Both the position numbers and the translations under genes were made by a program. A stretch of 64,000 bases of DNA from Vitrella brassicaformis CCMP3155. Taxonomy: Eukaryota > Protista > Chromerida. Position 1 is the stretch's first letter. The number at the start of each line of letters is the position of its first letter. The notes under the pieces were generated by a model that was given only the letters and a program-made list of their open reading frames with translations, was not told the origin of the DNA and searched no databases. Positions 45,801-57,100 of the stretch are shown here, in pieces. The stretch covers positions 186,001-250,000 of the forward strand of contig CDMY01000831.1 in assembly GCA_001179505.1 (NCBI GenBank). Reading direction: 5' to 3'.

Positions 45801-46600
45801 GCCGCCTCAACCTGCACTTCACGGTGGTCGAAGTCGCCGACGAGGCCAAGGATGGCCGGCCCAAACTGACCGACAATCTCGGCAGCAGCTTTCTCTGGGA
45901 ATTTGCTCTTCTTGACCACGGAGGGGATCCCCCGCAGCGTCCGTAGCTGCTCGTGCCTCTCATCACTGTTCAGCTCATTTATCAGTTTCTCCGCCGCCCT
46001 GTCTTGGACGGCGTTATAACGATCCCCCAGCCGGGCAAGCGCAGCCTCGTGCGCCTCATCCCCTCGGGGAAGGTGATGCAGGACGGTGCTCAAAGGTTCC
46101 GCAACGTCCATCATTCTGTCATCCGGCAAATCCGTTGCGTGAATGAGAGTCTCGATGACGGACGACCGAGCACCAACACTATACAGGACACCAGACACAG
46201 ACAGCAACACACATGGGTCCTGCCTGTCAACCAACGGACAAGCATCCGACCTCTCACCCACTCACCGGGCGAGGGCGTCAGCAGCCTCAGTGCCGGTCTC
46301 TGCCATCATGGCCAGCAGAGCCGCCGCCTCAACTTGGACTGCAGGGTGTCCAAAGTCGCCGGCGAGGGCAAGGAGAGCCTGACCATAGAGACCAGCGTAT
46401 CGTGCAGCATCCTCCTGCGGCCGTAAGCCCTCCCCGATGTCCTCAAAGAGGGACTGCAACACGTGGAGCTGCTTGAGGCTGTCGTTGCTCTCCAGCTCAC
46501 GCAGCAGGGGCAACTGTCGGCCTTCGCACGTTTCCGCAGAGGAAGCGATGAGCACGGCGAGCACCAGAGAGGAGCCGCAACAGGAGAAGCCGAAGGGCAT
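42873..46600 (-). CDS. ARM-TM-RING receptor-like E3 ligase, copy 4 (duplicated first ARM unit, Pro-rich tail, split RING with all 8 ligands)
   Basis: MPFGFSCCGSSLVLAVLIASSA signal-like; two LxSxxxxxQL...QVEAA.LL...AETGTEAA.ALAR units; TLSRTLELPDSDMEDIVRPL exon; RYAVDNGCLEAAC; RCQQSIEYIARSPDANIASSAAQAV...GET | LSSPWAPWIGGGILLVAVASVLWWFL; two small introns join in frame to CLVC..PCRHMHICTTC..CEQC. Confidence 0.85.
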
Positions 46601-46678
46601 CGTACATGTACCCGCTGTCACACAATTATTGTCGCTGACCATTATTTCGCCACGTCAGGAAGGCTCTGTCTGTGCCAG

Positions 46679-48817
46679 ATGTTCGTCGCTTCCGAGTCAA
46701 GGACCGGCCTCCACCTGCTGACGCTGCTGTGTTGTCTCGTTGTCATCGGTCTGGTCCGATACGCTCTGTCTGCTGAAGGGAGGAAGGTGAGCCAGCGACA
46801 GAGGTATGTCTGTTGATTGATTGCATGTGAACCTAAACTATCTCTCTTGCTTGTTGTGTGTCTGCCTGTCTGTCTGCCTGGGCAGGTGTTGGTCAAGGTG
46901 CTGAAGTGGCTTGACGAACTGTGGCCTCGAGTGCTGGTTTTCTGTGGACTCGAGTGGATCCTCGGAGACCTCCTCACGCTCAAGACGCCTGAGGAAGCCA
47001 GCCAGACGGCCGCGCGGCTCAGAGAGGAGATCGACCACATCCAGGTGGAGCTTGGTGTCCCCCAGGTGGCTGTCGGTGCATCGTCCTGTCGGTATCGTCT
47101 GGGCAGCCGAGTGCTGATGGTGTCGGACGGCGAAGCCAGGAAGGGCAGGCACTTGTGGGTGAAGGCCTCGTGTCCAAGCTGGAGCCGACTGCGGGAGGGA
47201 CGAGGGTGTTCATGCGGGAGGAGGGCGGCACAGAGGAGTTCAAGATAGTCGTGCCCAACGCAACATCACACTTCCACGAGCTTGCCAACGTCGAAGCAGT
47301 AAGCAGACACACACGAGCAAGCTGGCGGGCGGTTGGGATGTCCTCTTGACGAGGATCTTGTGCTGTTGGTTCGCAGGTGTGCGATGGCTTCAAATGGGTT
47401 GGCCGTAAGGTGGCCCAGCAGCAGAGCCTCGACGGACAGAAGGTACACACCTGCACAGCATCGATCGCTGACATGAATCCATCCTCCTCGACTCACGTGT
47501 CGCCTCTTTTTGGTTGCTTGCGCAGAGCGGCGAGCCCTTCTGTCTGTTCAACGCCATGGTCGATCGCCTCGGGCCTCATGAAGTGGCGGCTCTGTCGGGA
47601 GACTTTACGGACCTTCTGGGCGTGGAGGTCTCCGCTCTCTTCGCTGCCTGCAAGACACTCGACTTGGCCACCAACATCACCAAACAGATAAAGAAACGCA
47701 TCGACCAGCTGCTGCGCGACCAACACATCGACGGATGGCTGACGTATGAGCACGATGACAACACCAACAACACCACCTGTGGTGGGTGTTGGTCAAGGGC
47801 GGGCAGTGGGCGGCGAATGAGCCCATTCTGCGCCTGGCCAGGAGCAGTGGCCTCCTGGCCTCCCTCCCACTCATCATCACATCGGCTGACGTGCGGCTGG
47901 CGACGGCCGACAAGACCCTCTACCTCAGCCGCCCAGAGGCCATCCGCCAGTACAGCCTCTACAGCCACCAACTGGGCGACAGGATGCACCTGACGCGCAA
48001 TGCCAACCGCCGGCAGGACGAGCTGGCCGGGTGGCAGGTGACGGTTCACACACAGCAGACGGTGCCGGCCAGGTATCGAGATCGATTCAATCCGGCCGAC
48101 CCCCCGTGCCGACGTGAGAGAGGGGAGGGCAAAGCACCACAGGACAGGCCATTTGACATGGATGGATGGATGGTGTCTGCCGCTGTGTGTCTGTCTGTGC
48201 CTGCAGACCAGGATTTCGACTACGGCAGCTTCCGTGAGTCGGTCGTCGAGAGGTATGCAGCCACTCCTTAAACGGGAGAACACAACACAGCAATGTGTCG
48301 GGTGCTGTACGTTCCCTCCTGCTCTTTCAGGATGGCATGGCTGTCGTTGCCTCGAGTGTCGGGTCAGGACTGCTGTCCGTCCTCTGCTGAGTATCATCGC
48401 ATCTGTGCCCTGATGGCCCAGCAGCCGCCCCTGTGGGACGGCTGCCGCACCATCGACTACGGCATCTACCGCACCTACCGACTCGTCATACTGTGTGGCG
48501 AGGAGGATGGCGACGACTTCGCGGCGTGCATCAAGATGGACAAGTTGAGTTACGGGTCGGCATCTATCTCCATCCACACCACCGAGGCGCCCCAGCAGGG
48601 CGTCAGTGGTCCTGCTGCCTTCCTCGGACAGTTCACATCGCCCACAACAAGATGGACGACGCTGTGCGGCTACTGCCGAACATCCGACAGAAGAGCCAAC
48701 GCTCTGGTCCGTTGGACACACGAGGGGCGGGAGAATCCATGTAGTTTTTTCGGCTCATTGTATTGTGTGCTCTCTTTCCCTCTCTGTGTGATGGGTGTTG
48801 CTGTGTCAGGTATGTGA
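46679..48817 (+). CDS. Hypothetical lineage-specific protein (boundaries uncertain)
   Basis: Series of coding-like exons with GT-AG borders (VLVKVLKWLDELWPRV; EEFKIVVPNA; FCLFNAMVDRLGPHEVAAL; LYLSRPEAIRQYSLYSHQL; YRTYRLVILCGEEDGDDFAACIKM). The full frame was not resolved. Confidence 0.45.
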
Positions 48818-49503
48818 GCCGTGTGGCTCTGGTGGTGTGATTGACACGTGTGTGTTGAGGATGGGGGCGGCTGACATTAAGTGTCTGTCTTCCAGGGACA
48901 GACAGATGGATGGATGGATGGTAGGCCCTTGCTGCGTTTGCTGCAGTATCACTGTTTACAGACACTCCGCTTACTGTAAAAGCCGATGTTCGTTAATTGG
49001 TGGGTTGGTGGTGTGTGTGGAGGGGGAAATCAGTGTGCGGTGCGCACGAACCATATGTATACACAATAATGGCTATGGCCTAGTCAACCACACACTAACA
49101 CTACACACACATCATGATGTACACACATACAGCTGGGGTCCATGTCGGTGTCCAGTGGTGGCGTGGCGTGCACATACGAATCAAGTGAGGGCAAGATCAA
49201 GCTCATGCATCTCTCTCTCATCTCGCCCTCTCCCATGTCACCTCTCTCACACTACACTCACACAGATGAGACACTATCTTCTATCTGTTTGGTTAGATAA
49301 TCTCTGCACAGCCGCTGCACAGCAGCCGAACACGAGAACAGACCATCATGATGCAGCGTCATGAACTACACAAATGCACTGATCATCCCATCCTCACACA
49401 CACACGCGCAGTCAGCATCGCCTCGAGTGAATGGGGCTGCATCTCTCCTCAGCCGACCCGACACACTAACATGAACCCGACAACTGTACACCCCACAAAT
49501 CGT

Positions 49504-52500
49504 CTAAATGGTGGGCCCCGACTTTCTGTAGTCGATGTCGCTTCTGCAGATGGGGCACTGCGTGTTGCCCCTCCCCGGCGCATAGCTCGTGTGCCAGCAG
49601 GTGACACACAAACATCGGTGGCGGCAGGTGGACGGCGCCTTGCCGATGAGCACCACCGTCCGCTGCCCGTCGTGGCACACGGCACACGACTCGTCGTCCT
49701 CCCTGTCGTCGATGCGCCGCTGCAGCTGCCGATTCTCCTCCTGGTGCGCCCGAAGCATGAGCCCGTCGAGCTGTGAATGCGGGCCATGACGCGGGCGAGG
49801 AAGGCCGTCGCCTCGGCCACCGTGTGGATGGACGAGAGGCAAGCCATCGAAGGCCTGCACAGAGAGACAAACAGATAGACAGCCGATGTGTGTGCCCTTG
49901 TTTCATACCTGTTATGGGTGTCCATCCTGATGGCATCGACACGCGACTGGAGCTTCCCCACCTCATGCGAGAGGCACCTCAGCCGACGATCCAGCTCACC
50001 GCTGCCCAGCTGCTGCTCGACCCTGAATGCCACACACAGACAGTCACACACATATGGCGGTGTGGGAATCCCCGCTGTCTCTGTGCTCACTCTGAGATGC
50101 GCTGTGTGAGTTTCGCCAGCTGCTCGCCGAGCCCCAAACCACCAATGTCATCAGCTACACCAGCACCCGACGAGCTGCCCTCCAGCGGCCCACAGAGGCC
50201 ACCCGCATCAGCCGAGGAAGACCCCGATGCCGCTGCTGCCCCCTCAGTGGCGGTGTCCTGCTCCCTCTCCATGTGGGGCTCTTCCACTGCTGCCGATCCG
50301 CTGCTGAGCTGCCGGATCTTGGCGAGTGCGGCGTCGTAGATGGGCTGCAGGGCGGCCTTCTCGGCCTCGGCCTCAGCGGAAAACTGCCGGATGCCCTCAA
50401 CGCCGCCCGCACGAACCACCTCATCCAACTCGTCAACAGACCTGAAACACATAACACACACGACACGAGGCGCGTCAAGGTCTCCGCCCTCTGTGTCTGT
50501 GTGTGTGGGTGCGGTTCGTCACACTTGGGTGCGTTGACCATTGCGGTTTCCTTCTCGCGTATCAGTTTGGTCTTTCGCTGCTCCAGCGAGGCGATGGCCG
50601 CCAACTTGCCGTCCAACTCACAACGCAGCCTGCACACACATGCCAAGACACACACGTGCTGACTGCAGTGCGAGTGCCGCCCATTCATCGCTTTTTCGGC
50701 TCACTCCTGCAGTCTGTCGACAGCCTGCTGCTTCTGCTCTAAGGCCATGGCGCGTGCGGGATCGACGCTGTGGGCATCATCGGCAGCCGCGGCCTCTGCT
50801 CTCCTTTGCCGCTCCGTCGGGTCTTGGCTGTGATGTCCACCGCCCTGCCCTGAGCCCCACTGAGACCAAGCAGCCCCCACACCCCTGACCCACGCAGAGT
50901 CATCAGAAGGACCGCTGGACGACGACGACCGGCCCGCGAAGCTCTGGCCTCGTTGAGCGCCGACAAAGGCATTACCATGAGCGGCAGCCGGTGCTACGCC
51001 GGCTCTCTCCGGCGCCTGCTGCCGGTCGGCATAAGGCGACGAGTGATGCTCAGGCGATGGGCTCACTAGAGGAGGGACGAGGGGGCGAGGGGGGCTCTTC
51101 CTCATGGCGGTGCTTGGCGCCTGCTGTCGCGGCGCCGTCTCCCGAGATGAGCTCGATTGACCAGCATCCTGTCGTGAAGTCGCTTGAGTGGTCCCGCCTT
51201 TTCTGCTCTTCTTCTTCCTGTGTCGCGCGGCGGCTGTCCATTCGCCGCCGTCGTCTGGCGTCGGCTCCTCTTGATGCTCCTCCTGCTGCAGAGGATGAGC
51301 CGATCCATCGCCAGACGAGGTGGGTGTCAGGCAGCCACTGTGGCTGCCGCTTGATGCCGCAGTGGAGGCCATCCCACCGTCATCGCCAGCAGAAGAGGAT
51401 GGCTGGTCAGCGGGCCGGCGGGCAGCAGAAGCAGCATTGGGATGCCTGGCATGACCTCTGCGGCCCCTCCCCTGCCCCCTGTTCCTCACTGTTTCCTCCT
51501 CAGCTATCAGCTGTGTCGCTGTGTCTTCGGCCTGGCGCTGCTGCCGACGCTGCCAGTGACGCTGCAGCCAGGGACCGACAACAAAGCGCCACAGTGCCGA
51601 CAGGCCGAGCAGGACAGCGAGAGTACCTGCGACCCAGGGCGCCCAAGGAGAGGAAAGCTGCAAAGGCAAAGGCTATTGGGAAAGACAGAAGGAGAAAGTT
51701 TTCTGTCTGTTGTTTCTTGTGTCGTACGAGATCAATGCTTCTTGGCAGCCGATACAAGTCAGTGACCTGCCAGACACACAGGGACACGCCAGACACACCA
51801 TGCAGATCCACGCAGCTGTGCATACTACTATATCGTCATCGGCGTAGGCCCAAGGAGATCTGATCGCCAAACAATCGCTCGTTTTGGCTCGCTTTGGATC
51901 ACGGCCGCACGCGAATTCTTCGGTCAGTTCTTGGATGGCTCGCTTACAGCTGCTCTGAAGCCACAAAGGTGCAAAAAATGACACCGGTTAGGCGGCATCG
52001 TCTCAAGTGTGTCAGACCCTCATCTGAGACGAGATTCTCATCCTCAAGGCCGCACTTGCTCTGATTGATTGACAGGAGAGCATGGTCAGTTAACACGCAA
52101 GACATCCGCTGGCTCTCTCGCACCTGACAAATAAATTGGACAATACTGCCAGAGTATTCTTGACGTCCATGCGATCCTTGCTGGACTCCAGCAGGTCGCA
52201 TGCTACGCCGACACAGCCTTGGTCGACTGCATAGCTGACCTGCAACACACATACGAGACACACATGCATGAACACAGAATAGTGTGATCTACTCGCCCCG
52301 CCCCGCTCACCGCCGATTCATTTCCCCACTTCCATGGCAATAAACACGACGTAAAAGATAAACACGACATAAAAGGAATATATTCGGTAAGCGCCTTCTT
52401 GTGGCTTCCGGGTCCACAAGCCGTGATCGAATTCGGGATGACCTCAGCTTGGATCGTTTGCGCCATGCACGTGGGAATCGTCTGGGGGCGCGTGTCTGCC

Positions 52501-53260
52501 ACACATATTCGTGCATTGCAAGCAAGTGACAGACAGACAGACAGACAAACAGATGGCTTCAAGAGGTGCCTACCTTTCTACAGCCATTCGACTCACGTGC
52601 AGTCTGATGTAGGGCGGTCAGCGCGACGAATGTTGCATTCACGGCATAACTGCACATAAGGTGGTCGTTCGAAAGAAGTAAGGGCGACAGCTTCGACACC
52701 GCTCCATACTCGAAGAACACATCTGCCAGACCAGGCGGCGTCACGTGTGCAACCCCCCCTTGAACAAGTCCGTATGCGGTGGGAGTCCTGCTCAGGATTA
52801 ATGCCGCCGCTCTCACGACACGCTCATCGTTATGATCCAGCAGCTGCACGAAGGCCGTTGTAAGTAGGTGTATCCCCTCCTCGGTGAACGCCTCGGTGGC
52901 CCGAGCGCCGACTCGTGCCACCTGCACCAGCAGTTCGACTGCTTCGCGCGTGACGTGGCTGTCCTGAGTCTGTCCCAACAGATGGACGATGGTCCGCAAC
53001 GGATCAACATATCGCATAGCCTCCTCCGGGTGAACGCTCTCCGCTATATCCTCTGTGATGGCCCACAAGACTCTCAACTGCTGGGCAGTGTCATGGCTCT
53101 CCAGTGACATGGTCACTCGCCTCGAACAAATATTGGGCCGCCTCGTCGGCGCCATCGTCGTCATCGTCAATGAATCCATCTCCTCGTCGAAGTCAGCCGC
53201 AGGAAATGAGCCGGTCGGGGTGGCGATAAGGGCCAGCGCAAAGAGCAGGGCCGACAGCAT
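49504..53260 (-). CDS. ARM-TM-RING receptor-like protein, copy 5 (1-nt deletion puts the RING out of frame: RING-less variant, pseudogene or assembly error)
   Basis: MLSALLFALALIATPTGSF signal; ARM exons including VSYAVDQGCVGVACDLLESSKDRMDVKNTLAVLSNLF; TM LSSPWAPWVAGTLAVLLGLSALWRFVV; coiled-coil exons. Near 49773 the sense strand reads cgcattcacagctc versus cgcattcagcagctc in copies 1 and 2. Confidence 0.82.
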
Positions 53261-54113
53261 CGGGAGGTCCGATCAGCAACGAGATCAGCTGAGGGAAATC
53301 ACTGCAGCCACGTTGCTCAACAAGACCATCGAATGGAAGGAAAATGGCATCCGGCTCATGATTTGGAGGAGAGATGAGAGCGAGAGATCCGAAGCGATCG
53401 CGTTGTGCGGCGGGGTTTCGCGAGAACAGGGCAGTTTTGAAGGCCAATTTGGCTGATAGAGAGGCGTCTGTGCCTTTCAATGTGGTTTTCGAGCAGCACC
53501 ACTCATCCCAATCCCTTCGACAGCAGCAGCAGCGTGTGTAAACCAAGGCTTGACCGCTGAGACAGTCATCTAGTTCATCCATCCATCCATTCATCCATTA
53601 GGTCGCACCGCCACAACTCAGACAAAAGGCAGATCGAGGCCACATAATCAACCAACCAAACACGTACAGCCAGCCAGCCAGCCAGCCAGCCAAACGATAC
53701 ACTCGATCACAGCACCTAAGCTTCCGGCCGCTGCTGGCGGATGGCGACGACAGTGCATCGCCAAAAGGTAGCCACGGGTGCGAGGCCAGCCACACAATCA
53801 AGGCGACCGACACACAATCCCATGGACACAATCCATGCATTGCCTGCGGTGTCTGCATTGTGTCGTCATGCAGTTGATACGGTGATGTCGCCTCTGCGGC
53901 TGCGCCATTCTTCATTTGCACTGAACGTGTCCTTTTCTCGGACACTCACTCACTCGGCATAGCATACAATACTGTAGGTACGATATATAAAGCACCCGGC
54001 CGGCCGGCCGGCCGGGCCGTTGGTTGTCAATTACATACTGACTGACTGACTGGCTGCACCTTTTTCTTTTCCCTTCTCTCCCCTCATCTGTCTGTATTGT
54101 ATGTGTCAGCCTC

Positions 54114-57100
54114 TCATGCATATGCACTCGGATGCATGGGATGGACCGTTGCTGGATGCACGCCATGGATCCTGACGATGGCTGGATGGCTGGATGACCG
54201 TGTTGTGTGTGCATCACTCATATCACCCCCACAGCGAGTGGATGAAGGAGGGCGCCACGCGGAAGCAGAAGACGTTGCCGCGACGCCGGTCGAGACGCGT
54301 CACACGGTCACGCGCGCGGCGTCCCGTCACCAATATCTCTCTGCCGGACAGACACATCAACACACACAGAGAGCCTTTCCTTTCCGTGCCTCACTCAGGC
54401 TGTGAGTGAGTAGACATGTCATTTGTGTTGTGTTGTCAGACAGACAGACCGCCTGACTGTTTAGGTAGTTTACCTACCGTATGTCGTCCACGAATTCCCT
54501 GTTGATGTTGTAGAAGCAGTGCCTGAGTACGTCGCTGTTGTGGTCGACGAAGGTCGTGTCGACGACGTCGATGTCTAGCCACACGTTGACGCTCTCACGG
54601 CCCACCGCCTCAGCGCTGTCCACACTGCTCACACGCGAGTCGCGGCTGCCCTGCTGACCGCGGCGGCTCTCAATCACACGCACCTGCCTCTCCTCTGTCG
54701 GTGGCCTCTCCCCCCTCTCCTCTGTCGTGGCGTCATCTCCTTCGTCCACCCCCTCTATCACAATCGTGGTCTCGTCCGTGCTAGTCACCACTGCCGCGGC
54801 TGCCGCTACTGCACCCTCGGCTGTGTCGCCTGCTGCCCTCACTGTCCGCCCCTCGGCCACCAGGCCCTTCGGCCGCACGTGGAACGACTCCGCCGTGCCA
54901 GATGCATAGCTGTCGACGGCGTGCAGGAGGGCGGCCCTGCTGTCTGGTGGAGGGGAGGTGCCGCCCGTGGCGTCCATTGGTGTGCGGGAGCCGCTGGTGG
55001 TCGACGGCTTGACCGTGTCAGCCTCGCTCTGCCTGTTGCCCACACCCTCCCTCTCCCTGTCCCTCTCCTTGTCTCGTAGTGGGCCGGAGGCGGCAGGGGC
55101 AGTGAGTGTGTGCGCCAACAAGGGCGACTGGATGGCCCCCGAAGTGACGTCATCCGATTGGATCTGTGCCACCACCTGCCGCACACCCACAGGCGTGCTG
55201 GGGTCCTCAGACGCAGTCGCAGGCGGCCGTCGCGACCTGTCCCTCTCCTTCTGTGTCATGGTCTTCTCTGGGGGCGTGTCGCCATCCCTGTCGATGTGTG
55301 GCGAGAGGGGGGGCGGGATGGACGAGGCGAACCCGAGAGGCAGATCGTCGCCACGCAGCAGACGGCCGGGGTTCTCGATGGCCGTGGCGAGGGTCTGGGA
55401 GATCCGCAGTCTGCGGGGCGATGGTGTGGGGGGGACTTGGTATGAGCCCAGGGGCCGCCTGAGGTCGAAGATGCGCTTGCCGAGACTGCGCTGCCGGTTG
55501 AAGACCTCCGAAAAACCGAGAGCCTGACACACAGCACAGCACAGGGGAGGGGAGGGGGGAGTGATGAAGCGTGTGAGTCTGCGAGTGTCGTGGTGCAGGT
55601 AGGTACCTTACCTGGTCCTTTGTGTCGCCGTAGAGAGTGATGTGCGAACAGACGTCCCGCAGATCCTCATACTCCTGCCAGCCATACCCACCACACACAT
55701 CCCTCTCTCTCCATGTCCATCCATCGATCCATCTCCCCAGCCACCCACCCCAGCCACTCACCTCTTGCAAAAACACGTCAAGTGGGTAATCGGGGTTCAG
55801 CAGCAGCACAGTCGCCACCTGCAGGCCGCCTTTATCCTCATTTTCACCCTCTCCCTCGCCCTCATCGTCGTCGTTGTCCTCAGTGTCGCTCTCCTCGGGG
55901 ATGCCCTCGCCGTTGTTAACCCCATTCATGCGGGCGGGGGAGGGACATGCGTTGGAGTGGTCGGGGGTGCTGCGGTGGCTGCGGTTGGGGGAGGAGGACG
56001 TCATGGCCATGCCGTGCAGGCCCATTCTCTCGCCGCGAGGACGACGTCGGCGGGGACGCTCGGAGGGCAGGAACAGGCTGTGGGGTGGGGGAGAGAGAGA
56101 TACCATTGAGGGGGAGAGGAGAGAGGAGGGACATAGTGAGTCAGTGAGTGAGTGTCGTTTGCCGGTCTGTGTGCAGTGCATGTGTGTGGGGCGGTGCGGT
56201 GGGTCATTAGTCCTCACTTTTCTTCGTAGCATCCTCTCATTCCGTTGAAGAAGGTCCGGGCGCCAGCGGAATGCGACATGATGTGCACGCGGCGCACACC
56301 TACACATCACACCACACCACCACATACATATGCAATGCAGTCATCTCCCCTTGTCATGTCAGCCACCGCACGCCGCACTTACCCTCAGACTTAAATGCCT
56401 TGATGCATCTTGTGAATGCCTCCCGGATGTCGCGCGAGTGGGCCTGGTTGCGCGCCAGGGGGTACATGAGGGGCGAGAAGGGGCCGCTGATGTCCCCAGG
56501 CCACGTGAAGACAAACGGCCGCAGGCGAGACGGCAGCTTGGCAAACGCCACCAGCTGCGCCATCTGACCCAGACCCTACACACACACACCATTCTTTTCC
56601 TTCCTTCATTCGTCCCACCGTGGTCTCTCTCTCGTGTCGTGTGTGTGACCCTCTCCCTCCCCTCGCTGACTGACCTGTGCGTGCTGCGTGTTGAAGCCGT
56701 GAATAAAGATGACCACTTCCTTCGAGTCCCCGCCGAACAGCGACCGTGGGAGTGACCCGAGGGTGCGCTGCGACTGGTCGACCGACCGGTGCGAGTCGCC
56801 CACGCCCCTGCCGCCCCCGCCCCCGCCCTCCGCGCCCGGCATATCGATGTCCTCCCTCAGCAACTCGATTTGGCCGAAGGGCGGCTCGCCCTCAAAAAGG
56901 TCACTGTGGTCGTCAAGCACCGAGACGGACTCCTCGCCGTCGGCGTGCTGCATGAGCTCCTCGTGCACACGCGGGGACCTCTCGATCTCCACCCTCGTCT
57001 CCCTCTCCCTCTCCCTCTCTGCTTCAGCGCGTTGCTGCTCCTCTAGCTTTGGGTGGGCGGGGACAAGCATGTCAGATGAGAGAGGGGGGAGCATTCCGGC

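Noticed and set aside
47576-48721. 381-aa minus-strand ORF
   Set aside because: Shadow of plus-strand coding exons in GC-rich DNA; splice signals and intron microsatellites fit the plus strand.
4000-53500. Transposon-mediated mobility of the ARM-TM-RING copies
   Set aside because: No transposase, RT, integrase, terminal repeats or target-site duplications were seen. Introns and promoters are co-duplicated, which indicates segmental DNA duplication.
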